DNA of 63,142 nt, counting the filler, from Candidatus Rokuibacteriota bacterium (lineage in GTDB: Bacteria; JAUVQV01; DATDCY01), in NCBI GenBank assembly GCA_031406795.1. It is 5 parts of 5 records of this genome, joined end to end, with 100 filler letters (N's around TTAATTAATTAA, not from the genome) between each part and the next. Parts side by side here need not be neighbours in the genome. Positions count along the whole stretch, not along the records: positions 33,915 to 49,725 come from JANOHV010000083.1; positions 49,826 to 61,504 come from JANOHV010000161.1; 3 more parts are not named here. One strand, given 5' to 3'. The notes under the pieces were generated by a model, which made no database searches, was not told where the DNA came from, and saw only the letters and a list, made by a program, of their open reading frames with translations. The position numbers and the translations under genes are program-made. Position 1 is the stretch's first letter, and every line of letters begins with the position of its first letter. Below are positions 45,225-54,089 of the stretch, piece by piece.

Positions 45225-46111
45225 GCGTGCTCGTCACGGGCGCCTCGGGGTCATTCGGCCGTTTCGTGTGCGCGCGACTCGAGGCCGACGCTCAAGGGCC
45301 CGTCTGGCGCGTTGACCGCTTCCCGGGCGCGGCGGGTCGCCATCGCACGTGCGACCTCACCGGGGAGGATGACGTGCGGCGCCTGCTCGCCGACATCCGT
45401 CCTTCTTTGATTCTTCACCTGGCCGGGACTTTCAGCAACAACTTCGCTCAGGACCTGGCCGCCAACGCCCTGGGTGCGAAGCACATCCTCGACGCGACAG
45501 TCCGGGAAGAAATCAAAGCTCGCGTCGTCCTCATCGGGAGTGCGGCCGAGTACGGACTCGTCTCGCCCGAGGAGAATCCGATCCGGGAGGATCGCGTGCT
45601 CAGGCCCGTTTCGGTCTATGGCGTCACGAAATCCTTTCAGACGCAAATCGCCTGTTATTATGCCCATGCCCGGCAGGCGGACGTCGTCGTCGCGCGCCTG
45701 TTCAACCTCTTCGCACCCGGCCTCTCCGAGCGTCTGTTCGTCGGGCGCGTGCAGCGCCAGATCGCTCAGGTCCTCCGCGGCGAGACGCGGGAGATCGCGG
45801 TCGGCAACCTCGAGGCGCAACGGGACTATGTGGACGTCGAGAACGCGGCGGCGCACGTGCGGCTGATTGCCGAGCGGGGTCGCGCGGGGGAGGTCTACCA
45901 TGTCGCCAGCGGGGTCCCGATGACCATGCGCGCTCTGCTCGGGAAGATGCTCGCCGAGGCGGGGCTCGACTTCTCGGTGGTCAGGGAGAATCAGATCCCC
46001 GGCGGGCGCACCGGGTACGACGTACCCCTCATCTACGCCGACATGACAAGGACCCTGGCTTTGGCGCAGGAGTGCCCAGAGAGCTATCCGGTCAACTGCG
46101 CACCCTGCTGA
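45221..46111 (+). CDS. NAD-dependent epimerase/reductase (Rmd-like)
   Basis: VTGASGSFG, GSAAEYG, YGVTK, VGNLEAQRDYVDV. Confidence 0.8.
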   Translation: MSVLVTGASGSFGRFVCARLEADAQGPVWRVDRFPGAAGRHRTCDLTGEDDVRRLLADIRPSLILHLAGTFSNNFAQDLAANALGAKHILDATVREEIKARVVLIGSAAEYGLVSPEENPIREDRVLRPVSVYGVTKSFQTQIACYYAHARQADVVVARLFNLFAPGLSERLFVGRVQRQIAQVLRGETREIAVGNLEAQRDYVDVENAAAHVRLIAERGRAGEVYHVASGVPMTMRALLGKMLAEAGLDFSVVRENQIPGGRTGYDVPLIYADMTRTLALAQECPESYPVNCAPC

Positions 46112-46125
46112 GGACGCGCCACGGA

Positions 46126-48552
46126 ATGGACCCTGAGGAGTTGTCAGCTTCGAGGGAGCGTGAATGCGGTCCGATACACGCGGAACGAGGCCGGACCATC
46201 CGCCTGCTCCGGGGCGCTCTCCTTGTCGCGGGCATCATCACCGGAGGCAAGGATCGACGGACCCAGCTCCGCCAACTCTGGCTTGGTATCCGGATCGCCC
46301 TCCATCCTGATGCTCTCAGGACATGGCGACGGCACTTCGACGCCGGCTGGTACCTCGCCAGGAACCCGGATGTGCTGGCGGCCGGGCAGCCAGCGGCCCT
46401 CCACTACCTACTGAAGGGCTTCCTCGAAGGCCGGGTGGTCTCCCAGGAAGACGGCAGCCGGGGGTATCTCAGAGACTATCCGGATGTGGCCGCGGCAGGG
46501 GTCAACCCGCTGGCGCACTATGCGCTCGCAGGGAGAGGAGAGGGCCGGGCCTGGCCCCATCCGGTACCCCCGACGCCTCCTGCCGCCAGCTGCGAGGGCT
46601 CACCGCAGCCCGCCGCGGATCGCGCCGAGATCAGACTCAACACCGTGTGGCCGGCCGAGCTGCCGCTCGTATCGGTCGTCATCCCGTGCTTCAATTATGG
46701 CGGGCAGCTTCGAGAGTCGCTCGAGACGGTCTTGCTCCAGACATGGGAAGACGTCGAGGTGATCGTCGTCGAGGGCGGCTCCACCGATCCCGCGAGCCTC
46801 GCGGCAGTCCGCGGGCTGGAGGCGGCGGCCCCTCCGCGGACATCATTCCTCTACCGCAGCGAGCGCCACCTCGCAGGAGGCAACCGCAACTTCGGCATCG
46901 GCCACGCCCGAGGGCGCTATGTCTGCTGCCTGGACGCGGACGACCTCCTGGAATTCATTTACCTGGAAGTCGCGATCTTCCTCGCCGAACGCTTCGGGTA
47001 TGATCTGGTTTACCCCTCGGTGCGGTGTTTCGGCGCCTCCGACGAGGTCTGGCCGATTGCGAATGCGCGATTCCCTGAAATCGCGCGCGAGAATGCGGTC
47101 TCCACGGTGGCGCTGTTCAAGAGGAGCGCCTGGGCCGAAGTCGGCGGGTATCGGGACTGGGGCCTCGGGGACCAGCATGTGCCCGAAGACTGGGAGTTCT
47201 GGACGCGTGTCCTTGGTCACGGATGCCGGGTCATGGGCATCCGGGCTCCGCTGTTGAATTACCGGGTCCACGCGGCCGGTCTGACGCAAACCTCCACCTC
47301 CAGCGCCAAGTTCCAGGCGGAGCAGATCCTCGAGGCGAACCGGTCGCTCATCGAGCATGGACGTCCCGCGCGGGCCATCGCCGCGAGCCTCGAGATTCAG
47401 GACGGTTTCTGTAACATCCTGGCGCCCCGCAGGTTCTCTGCGCGCACGGACGCCGTTCTCTTCGCCCTTCCGTTCATCACGGTCGGCGGTGCGGAGCAAC
47501 TCCTGACGACTCTGGGGAAAGAGCTTGTAGACCGCGGGCGGCGTCTCATCATAACGACCAGCGATGCGCTGCCGGGTACCATGCCGAGCGTGCCGGAGAT
47601 CTTTCGAATGATCACGCCGCACGTCTACGATCTCGTTGAACTGTTCTCGAACGGTGAACACCGGAACGAGTTCGTGCGTTACCTCGTCGAGCGCTACCAG
47701 GTGAACACCCTGCTGCTCGTCGGCAGCAGATTCGTCTACAGCCTGCTGCCGGCGCTCCGGGCCCACCGCCCGCGCATGGCGGTGGTCGATCAACTCTTCA
47801 ACGACGTCGGCCACCTGGAGGCCAACCGCTACTACCGGGAAGAGATCGACCTCACCATCGTCCCCTCGGAGGCGCTCAGGGACGTTCTCGTGTCCGGGCA
47901 CGGCGAGGACCCGACGCGGGTGGTGACCATACCGCACGGCATCGCCCTCCCCGAGTCCGTGGCGGCGGCGATGGCGAACCTGCCGGCCGATTGGCTGCCG
48001 GAAGTCCCGATCGTGGCGTTCTTTGGAAGAATGTCGGAAGAGAAGGGACCGCAGTTGTTCGTGCGCATCGCGCGCGAACTCTCTCGCGACGCTGCAGTGA
48101 ACTTCATGATGACGGGGGAGGGTCCTCTCTGGGACGAAGTCCGTTCGCTGATCCGCGATGCCGGCCTGGAAGACCGTTTCTTCACGCCGGGCTTCGTAGC
48201 GGACGTGCGGCCACTGATGCGCAGGGCGGACCTCGTAGTCATCCCCTCCCTGGTCGACGGATTGCCACTGGTGGCGCTGGAGTCGCTCGCTTGGGGCAAG
48301 CCGGTCGTCGCCTCGGCGGTCGGGAGCCTGCCGGCGGTCGTCCGGGACGGGGAGACAGGTTTCCTCTGTTCCCCGGGGAATGTCGCGGCCTTCTCTCAGC
48401 GGATCAGTGAACTGCTTGCCGACCCCGCACTCCGGTGTCGGCTCGGCGAAACCGGCCGAAGGCTGATCCGAAGCGAGTACGGCAGCGACCGGATGACGGC
48501 GAGCTACCTGCGAGCATTCGACGTAGCGCTCGACACCGCATCGCGTCGCTGA
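46126..48552 (+). CDS. Bifunctional GT2-GT4 glycosyltransferase with N-terminal Y...PDV...HY...G..EGR repeats
   Basis: FDAGWYLARNPDV and YLRDYPDV repeats; VSVVIPCFN/CLDADD/EDWEFW; FFGRMSEEKG/DGLPLVALE. Confidence 0.87.
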   Translation: MDPEELSASRERECGPIHAERGRTIRLLRGALLVAGIITGGKDRRTQLRQLWLGIRIALHPDALRTWRRHFDAGWYLARNPDVLAAGQPAALHYLLKGFLEGRVVSQEDGSRGYLRDYPDVAAAGVNPLAHYALAGRGEGRAWPHPVPPTPPAASCEGSPQPAADRAEIRLNTVWPAELPLVSVVIPCFNYGGQLRESLETVLLQTWEDVEVIVVEGGSTDPASLAAVRGLEAAAPPRTSFLYRSERHLAGGNRNFGIGHARGRYVCCLDADDLLEFIYLEVAIFLAERFGYDLVYPSVRCFGASDEVWPIANARFPEIARENAVSTVALFKRSAWAEVGGYRDWGLGDQHVPEDWEFWTRVLGHGCRVMGIRAPLLNYRVHAAGLTQTSTSSAKFQAEQILEANRSLIEHGRPARAIAASLEIQDGFCNILAPRRFSARTDAVLFALPFITVGGAEQLLTTLGKELVDRGRRLIITTSDALPGTMPSVPEIFRMITPHVYDLVELFSNGEHRNEFVRYLVERYQVNTLLLVGSRFVYSLLPALRAHRPRMAVVDQLFNDVGHLEANRYYREEIDLTIVPSEALRDVLVSGHGEDPTRVVTIPHGIALPESVAAAMANLPADWLPEVPIVAFFGRMSEEKGPQLFVRIARELSRDAAVNFMMTGEGPLWDEVRSLIRDAGLEDRFFTPGFVADVRPLMRRADLVVIPSLVDGLPLVALESLAWGKPVVASAVGSLPAVVRDGETGFLCSPGNVAAFSQRISELLADPALRCRLGETGRRLIRSEYGSDRMTASYLRAFDVALDTASRR

Positions 48553-48577
48553 GCGCCGAGGGCACAGCCGACCGGCG

Positions 48578-49597
48578 TCAGACCCGGGATTCGGGTGAGG
48601 CCTGGAAGGACCGATACGTGCGCGCGATCCCCTCGCGCAAGCCGGTCTGGTGATGCCACCCCAGGGAATGGAGTTTCGAGACATCGAGCAGCTTGCGGGG
48701 CGTGCCGTCGGGCTTTGTGGCGTCCCAGCGCACTTCGCCGCGATAACCGACGGTCTCCGCGACCAATTCAGTCAGCTCGCGGATAGTGATGTCCTCCCCC
48801 GTGCCGATGTTCACGATGCCGCGGCCGTCGTAGGTGTTCATCAGATGGATACAGGCATCGGCGCAGTCTTCGCTGTACAGGAACTCGCGGCGCGGCGAAC
48901 CCGTGCCCCATGCGGTCACCACGGTCCCGTCGGCCGCGATCCCCTCCCGCGAGAGGTCAAGAGACTTGGGGCCGACCGCCGCCGCGCCCGGCGCAGCCAG
49001 CGTCCCCTCCATCAACAGCTTCGCGAGGTGAAAGCGCCGGATCAAAGCCGGCAGGACGTGCGAGTTGAGCGGGTCGTAGGTGTCGTGCGGCCCATAGAGG
49101 TTCGTCGGCATCACCGAGATGAAATCGGTGCCGTACTGCCGGTTGAAGGCCTCGCAGAGTTTGATCCCGGCGATCTTGGCCACGGCATAGGCCTCGTTGG
49201 TGGGCTCGAGTTCACCGGTGAGGAGGTGCTCCTCGCGCATCGGCTGCGGGGCGAACTTGGGATAGATGCAGGAGGAGCCGAGGAAAAGGAGCTTGCGGAC
49301 CCGGTGCGTCATGGCCGCATGGACGATATTCACCTCAACCAGGAGGTTGTTGTAGATGAAATCCGCTGGATACGTGCTGTTCGCGTGGATCCCGCCAACC
49401 TTCGCGGCAGCGAGAAAGACATACTCCGGGCGTTCGACAGCGAAGAAGCCGCGCACCGCCGCCTGGTTTTCGAGCTCGAGTTCCGCGTGGGTGCGCAGCA
49501 CGAAGTTGCGATAGCCGAGAGCCTCCAGACGCCGGAGTATCGCGGAGCCGACGAGGCCGCGGTGGCCGGCGACATAGATCTTTGCGCTCTTGTCCAT
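48578..49597 (-). CDS. fcl: GDP-L-fucose synthase
   Basis: [68 protein letters not shown]. Confidence 0.96.
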   Translation of the reverse strand: MDKSAKIYVAGHRGLVGSAILRRLEALGYRNFVLRTHAELELENQAAVRGFFAVERPEYVFLAAAKVGGIHANSTYPADFIYNNLLVEVNIVHAAMTHRVRKLLFLGSSCIYPKFAPQPMREEHLLTGELEPTNEAYAVAKIAGIKLCEAFNRQYGTDFISVMPTNLYGPHDTYDPLNSHVLPALIRRFHLAKLLMEGTLAAPGAAAVGPKSLDLSREGIAADGTVVTAWGTGSPRREFLYSEDCADACIHLMNTYDGRGIVNIGTGEDITIRELTELVAETVGYRGEVRWDATKPDGTPRKLLDVSKLHSLGWHHQTGLREGIARTYRSFQASPESRV

Positions 49598-49725
49598 CAC
49601 TCCGCCAGTCTGGAGGGCGGCCGGGCCGCCCGCACGTCCCGGATGGTCATTGCCACCGTCATTGTTTCATTGGCCGTGATTCTAGTCGGGAAGCCTGACT
49701 GAATGCAAACGGGCGCCTGCTCGGG

Positions 49726-49825
49726 NNNNNNNNNNNNNNNNNNNNNNNNNNNNNNNNNNNNNNNNNNNNTTAATTAATTAANNNNNNNNNNNNNNNNNNN
49801 NNNNNNNNNNNNNNNNNNNNNNNNN
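49726..49825. other. Artificial contig-joining spacer
   Basis: N44-TTAATTAATTAA-N44. Confidence 0.98.
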
Positions 49826-49827
49826 CC

Positions 49828-50235
49828 GAGCCGGGCAACAACGGCAATTTTGGATTCCGGGAGAGTGCGAGCTTCTATGTTTACACTCCGTCAACGAATA
49901 CCAACGAGGGCAATCCGACCGGCACCGACCAGTGGGGTGTCGACGAAACCGGCGTTACGCTGCAGAACAACTACCACCAATTCCCCTGCTCAAAGTGCCA
50001 CGTTCCGCACGCCTCGCGGTTGCCCCGTCTGATGAAGACCAACTGCCTCGACACGAAGAAGAACACCTGGGACAACACGTACCAGCTGAGCGCGGCAACC
50101 GGGAACAACCTGAACAGGAGTATTTCCAACTGGACGAGCGCCCAGAACTGTCACCGCTTGGGCGGTGAAGACCCCGCCGATGTCGGGGACAGCGCCGGAA
50201 CGGGCGCTGGCTGGAACAACGTAACCCCGTGGTAG
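49828..50235 (+). CDS. C-terminal 135 aa of a c-type cytochrome, probably a large Geobacter-type multiheme protein (5'-truncated)
   Basis: The frame is open from the contig start: ...NNYHQFPCSKCHVPHASRLPRLMKTNCLD-...-AQNCHRLGG...GWNNVTPW-stop. CXXCH at 49987-50001. Confidence 0.8.
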   Translation, partial: EPGNNGNFGFRESASFYVYTPSTNTNEGNPTGTDQWGVDETGVTLQNNYHQFPCSKCHVPHASRLPRLMKTNCLDTKKNTWDNTYQLSAATGNNLNRSISNWTSAQNCHRLGGEDPADVGDSAGTGAGWNNVTPW

Positions 50236-50263
50236 CACGAGCGGTATTACAGGGCGGGAGGAG

Positions 50264-52636
50264 ATGAACATGAGCGGGATGAAATGGTTCAGGCAGGTGG
50301 CGGCTGCCGGCGTCTTCCTGCTCGGTACCGCGGGTGTCGGGTCGGCGAAGCCGATTCTGCAGGAGGATTTCAGCACCCAGGTCCCGGGCATGAAGGGCGG
50401 GGAGATTGTTCCCCATGACAAGGGATTTGCGTATCAGGGACCCGGGGGCCACAACCTCACCAAGGGATCGTACATCGAGTACGATCTCAAGGATGTGGCC
50501 TTCAGCCCATCGGCCGGAACGATCGAGTTCGATCTTACCCGTGCTGAAGTCAGCCAGGCGGAGGCGCTCGTTTCATTCGCAGACGAGGGCGGCGAAAGAG
50601 CTTTCGCCCTCTACATCGATTGGGAGCGTCTGACCGAAGAGATTCTTCTCCGACCGATGACTCCCGGGTTCTCCTATTGGCTGACACCGGAGAAGGATGA
50701 ATTCGGCAACAATGCCCCGAAGCCATGGGCGGTCGTCAACAGGAATATCGGCAAGGGGACAACCGTCCACGTCGTCATGACCTGGGACGCTAACGGCATT
50801 GATCTCTACGTTGACGGGAAGAGTCTCGCAGGAAAACCGAGCAACGGGCCCAAGTTGATTGAGAAGTTGAAGACTGCCAGGAAATTCATTGTCGGGGCAG
50901 ACATATCGCGAAAGATTCCCGGGGGCGCCTGGTCGCAGACCAGGTCACTCGTGAGCAATGTGCAGCTTCATGACAAGAAGCTCGTAACCTCCGAGTTCGC
51001 CCAGACCATCGTCCCGAAGGGTCTGAACGTTTACGGCGTCAACCACGATGCCGCGACCGTTGCCGGGTTTTCAGGGAAGCTCGTCGCTGGGAATACGGTC
51101 AACGTTGTACTCCACGGCACACCCGGTGCCGCCGGCACCTTCGATCTCGTGCACTACCCCGATGTCGGCTCCAAGATCGACGTCGACTGGAGGGGATGGG
51201 GCGTCTATCTCGAGGAGAAGGCGTTCTTTGAGGAGGGCGAAGTCAATCTGCGCGACGTCGAGGCGTACGAGGTCTACGTAGCACAGGCTCCGTTCGATTA
51301 TGCCGCCCCGGGGATGGAGCCGGTCGCCAAGCTCGAGGTCAGGGAGCAGCGGTACATTTTCGAGGCCCCCGAGGTCGACAAGCCCTCCTACATTGCGGTT
51401 GTCGCGCTGATGCGCGACGGGACCAGGCTGCCGGTGATCGCGCCGATCGCCAATCAGCCGCTGACCGAATCCGAGCCCGGCGTCTACACGGGCTCATACC
51501 GGGTCGGGTGGAAGGACCGCTATCCGCGCGCCATCGCGATCGGTCGTCTTGCCGTTGGAACGAATGCCGCTTCGCTGCTCGCCTCGGGCACGTTTGCCCT
51601 CGACCCTTCGGTCACGCTTGCCGTTGCCACCGACCCCAGCGAGCTCAAGGCGGATGAGAAGTCGGCTGCCCAGGTCACGGTCACCGTCACCGACGTCAAC
51701 GGAAATGCCGTTACCGATCACGAAGTGAAATTCCTGCTCTTCACCACGTCTCAGTACACCGGCGTGGTCGGGGGTGGCGCCTTCGCGGATCAGGTTGGCG
51801 CCACGGTTACGGAAGAGCGCTTCGGCAAGACCGACATTTTCGGCAAGGTGACCGCGACCTACGTCGCGGGCTTCGCGGCGAAGACCGCGGTCATCGTCGC
51901 GCGCGACATGCTCACCAACAACACCGGGTCCGGGTGGGTGAAGACCTACATCACGGCGACGGCCCAGCTCGAACTCGAGCCGGTCATCGAGAATGCCGCG
52001 ATGGCCCAGGGGTACGAGATCACCGTGACCTCGAGCGACGAGTGGCTGACCGCCGACGGGAAGAGCACCGCCCGGATCAGCGCTCGCGTGACGCTCGGCG
52101 GGGAGGCAGTCCCGGGGCACACGGTCGCCTTCAGCGTCGCGTCCGGCACCGGCTCCGTCCGGGTCGTCGAGGGCACGACTGACAAAAACGGTGAGGCCCG
52201 CGCGGTGTACACGGCCGGCAAGAAGATCGGCATGGTGCTGATCACGGCGACCGACACCACCGCCGGCATCAGCGGGTCCGTCCAGATCGAGCTGCGCAGC
52301 GACGCGCCAGCCAAGATCGCGATCAAGCTCGAACCGAAGAAGCTCCCGGCGGACGGGCGCAGCCGGGCCGCCCTGACGGTTACGGTGACCGACATCAACG
52401 ACAACCCGAACGACGGCGTCGAAGTCGAGTACGCCATCGTGGAGGGGAGCGGCAGCATTCGCGACGAAAAGGGCCTGACGGATCGCAGCGGCGAGGACGA
52501 GACGCAGTACACCGCCGGCAGGACGCCGGGCCGCGTCTCCATCGAGATCACCGTACGCTCCACGGTCCCGACACCGGAGGAGCTCGCTCAGGTGAACGAG
52601 ATGGCACTCGCGGTCACGGATTTCAAGTTCTTCTAG
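50264..52636 (+). CDS. Secreted surface protein: LamG-like domain plus three bacterial Ig-like (Big_1/invasin) domains
   Basis: Signal peptide; GTIEF...HVVMTWDANGIDLYVDGK; repeats LKADEKSAAQVTVTVTDVNGN, LTADGKSTARISARVT and LPADGRSRAALTVTVTDINDNP. GGAGGAG RBS; the start may be 50270. Confidence 0.8.
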   Translation: MNMSGMKWFRQVAAAGVFLLGTAGVGSAKPILQEDFSTQVPGMKGGEIVPHDKGFAYQGPGGHNLTKGSYIEYDLKDVAFSPSAGTIEFDLTRAEVSQAEALVSFADEGGERAFALYIDWERLTEEILLRPMTPGFSYWLTPEKDEFGNNAPKPWAVVNRNIGKGTTVHVVMTWDANGIDLYVDGKSLAGKPSNGPKLIEKLKTARKFIVGADISRKIPGGAWSQTRSLVSNVQLHDKKLVTSEFAQTIVPKGLNVYGVNHDAATVAGFSGKLVAGNTVNVVLHGTPGAAGTFDLVHYPDVGSKIDVDWRGWGVYLEEKAFFEEGEVNLRDVEAYEVYVAQAPFDYAAPGMEPVAKLEVREQRYIFEAPEVDKPSYIAVVALMRDGTRLPVIAPIANQPLTESEPGVYTGSYRVGWKDRYPRAIAIGRLAVGTNAASLLASGTFALDPSVTLAVATDPSELKADEKSAAQVTVTVTDVNGNAVTDHEVKFLLFTTSQYTGVVGGGAFADQVGATVTEERFGKTDIFGKVTATYVAGFAAKTAVIVARDMLTNNTGSGWVKTYITATAQLELEPVIENAAMAQGYEITVTSSDEWLTADGKSTARISARVTLGGEAVPGHTVAFSVASGTGSVRVVEGTTDKNGEARAVYTAGKKIGMVLITATDTTAGISGSVQIELRSDAPAKIAIKLEPKKLPADGRSRAALTVTVTDINDNPNDGVEVEYAIVEGSGSIRDEKGLTDRSGEDETQYTAGRTPGRVSIEITVRSTVPTPEELAQVNEMALAVTDFKFF

Positions 52637-52696
52637 GGCACGCGGCACGGCACAAGACGTTCGAAGCGACGTGAATATCATCGAAAGGGGGCGGAC

Positions 52697-52759
52697 ATGA
52701 AGAAAGTCAAGTACACGAAGCCGATGGTGGTGAAGGGGTCCAGCGTCCATCCCTGCTGA
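52697..52759 (+). CDS. 20-aa peptide MKKVKYTKPMVVKGSSVHPC, candidate RiPP precursor
   Basis: AAAGGGGG RBS ending 5 nt before the ATG; GC3-rich codons; YxxP leader-type motif; terminal His-Pro-Cys; followed by a strong terminator. Below the ORF-track length cut-off. Confidence 0.75.
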   Translation: MKKVKYTKPMVVKGSSVHPC

Positions 52760-52779
52760 TTCCCTGGTCACGGGTGTCG

Positions 52780-52819
52780 CGGGCCGGCTGGTTGTCAACC
52801 TGCCGGCCCGTCTTTTTTT
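52780..52819 (+). terminator. Rho-independent terminator
   Basis: CGGGCCGGC-tGGTTGtCAACCt-GCCGGCCCG followed by TCTTTTTTT. Confidence 0.88.
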
Positions 52820-52881
52820 GACGTCGAATTGCAGTTGACGCGAGTCAATCGAGGATCTCCCCGAAGCGCCGGTGCGGTATC

Positions 52882-53937
52882 ATGCCAGCCGGGAATGAGA
52901 GGGTGCGGATGAAGCGTGGCGAAGACGGCGGGGCCGTCTCGAACCGGGGAGTTGTTGAGGCGCTTCGTTCGATTCGTCTGACCCTCCTGTTGCTTTTCAC
53001 GGTGGCCGCGCTCTCGGCTGCGGCGACGATTGCCGGGCCGCGCCTGGAGAAAACCGCTCCCGTGGTCCGTGCCGCTGGACGGTTCCTCGGCCTCGCCGAC
53101 CCGTGGCACAGCCCGCTTTTTCTGCTCCTTGTCGGACTGCTGGTGGCGAATGTCACTTTGTGTTCCTGGCATCGGTATCGCCGCCTGGTGCGCAACCCTG
53201 CGGCAAAGCGCGGCGCGATAGCCGCGCTGGATGCCGCGGTCCATTTTTCCCTGGTCGTGATCGTTTTCGGCGGGGTCGGCAAGGGGCTTTGGGGAGTCGT
53301 GGGCACGGGCTATCTTTTTCCGGGAACTGCTGCGACCACCATGTATGTCGAGGGCACCGACAGCGACCTCCCTCTCGGGTTTTCGGTTCTGCTGAAGGAG
53401 AAGCGTGAAACCTTCTACCCGCTCCGGATAAAGGTCGGGGTGCGCGACGCGGCAACCGGCGAAAAGATTGCACTTCTCGAAGTTGTCGAGGGGCGAAGCG
53501 TCTCTCTGCCCGGCGGACGGCTCACGCTGTCAGTGCGGGAGGTGCGGCCCGATTCAACTGCCGCGGTGCTGCTCCTGCGCACGCAGGAAGGGGAAGCACC
53601 GGTGACCCTGCCGTTGGTCGCGGGGGGAGATCCGATGACTGCCGGGGCTTTCCTGCTCGCGGCGGTTGCCTGGCGCCGTGACGTCAAGGACGTTCGGGGC
53701 CGGGTTGAAATGAGCGAGGGAGAGCAGGTGGTTGGAGAGGGGTGGCTTGAAGTCAACGGGGCGCTCTCGCACAAGGGAACCACGCTCTTTCTGACCTCGT
53801 GGGGCGCCGACGAGTTCGGCAATCAATTTCTCGGGGTGCAGTACCGGCGAGACCCCGCCGCTCCCGTATTCTGGGCAGGCGCCATCCTCTTCGCGCTGGC
53901 TCTCCCCCCCTTCGTGTTGCTGAGGCGTCGCCGCTGA
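52882..53937 (+). CDS. resB: ResB/CcsB-like cytochrome c biogenesis (System II) protein
   Basis: LRSIRLTLLLL TM1; LGLADPWHSPLF...NVTLCS TM2; conserved His in AVHFSLVVIVFGG; periplasmic beta domain; GVQYRRDPAAPVFWAG last TM. The start may be 52909. Confidence 0.78.
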   Translation: MPAGNERVRMKRGEDGGAVSNRGVVEALRSIRLTLLLLFTVAALSAAATIAGPRLEKTAPVVRAAGRFLGLADPWHSPLFLLLVGLLVANVTLCSWHRYRRLVRNPAAKRGAIAALDAAVHFSLVVIVFGGVGKGLWGVVGTGYLFPGTAATTMYVEGTDSDLPLGFSVLLKEKRETFYPLRIKVGVRDAATGEKIALLEVVEGRSVSLPGGRLTLSVREVRPDSTAAVLLLRTQEGEAPVTLPLVAGGDPMTAGAFLLAAVAWRRDVKDVRGRVEMSEGEQVVGEGWLEVNGALSHKGTTLFLTSWGADEFGNQFLGVQYRRDPAAPVFWAGAILFALALPPFVLLRRRR

Positions 53938-53960
53938 CATCTGGAAGGTTGCCGATCTGT

Positions 53961-54089
53961 TATCACTGCAGCAGGTGATTTTGGCTTTACTCGGTCATTC
54001 CCGCGAATGCGGGAATCCAGGAACCGTGAAAATGCCCTGGATTCCCGATTAGTACCTCGGGAATGGCGGGAAGGTCTGCTGTAGTGTTA
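53961..54089. repeat. MITE-like element with a GTCATTCCCGCG..GCGGGAATCCAG palindrome
   Basis: Imperfect 14-bp terminal inverted repeats TATCACTGCAGCAG / CTGCTGTAGTGTTA enclose the ATTCCCGCGAATGCGGGAAT and TTCCCGA..TCGGGAA hairpins; lies between convergent genes. Confidence 0.7.

Noticed and set aside
43501-46111. A complete legionaminic-acid pathway suggested by the LegB-like dehydratase and nucleotidyltransferase
   Set aside because: No NeuB-type synthase, NeuC-type epimerase or CMP-transferase is present on this contig, so the sugar product cannot be assigned.
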